From contig CAAFMG010000149.1 in NCBI GenBank assembly GCA_900763965.1, forward strand, positions 1-58,842: 58,842 nt of DNA. Reading direction: 5' to 3'. Shown here in pieces: positions 58,810 to 58,842 of this stretch. The DNA is from an uncultured Oscillospiraceae bacterium (GTDB lineage Bacteria > Bacillota > Clostridia > Oscillospirales > Oscillospiraceae). Position 1 is the stretch's first letter. Each line of letters starts with the position of its first letter. Below the pieces are notes generated by a model. The model saw nothing but the letters and a program-made list of their open reading frames with translations. It did not search any database and was not told the DNA's origin. The position numbers and the translations under genes are program-made.

Positions 58810-58842
58810 TACTATTTCCTGATTAAAATCTTAATTTTAATC

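Overview
A GC-rich Firmicutes chromosomal segment; gene content and style suggest Clostridia/Oscillospiraceae (inference). It is mostly housekeeping: pncB, sfsA, nrdG, dut, a Na/Pi cotransporter, cysK, ogt, rluA-like, hprK, rpmB, mfd-pth-prs, uvrA, radC-uvrB, a ymdB/yhaO/yhaN-like cluster, rplU-prp-rpmA-obgE, apbE, tRNA-Asp(GTC) and tRNA-Val(GAC). It ends in a LacI-regulated raffinose/sucrose-type ABC uptake and catabolism locus (GH36, GH32, two GH13s, fructokinase). Accessory remnants are the right end of a decayed serine-recombinase element (1-~1110) and a small islet after tRNA-Asp. The most unusual signals are: (1) a non-coding multi-hairpin element after tRNA-Val whose inverted and direct termini are exact copies of that tRNA's T-arm/3' end; (2) a ~345-bp nested palindrome cluster between rpmB and mfd; (3) a lipoprotein with a tandemly duplicated transglutaminase/papain-like domain, one copy with a Cys-His-Asp triad and one without; (4) an orphan PAS histidine kinase lacking its phospho-His, lying between uvrA and radC-uvrB. 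No CRISPR array, rRNA or intact transposase/integrase was seen. All calls are by eye, without database searches.
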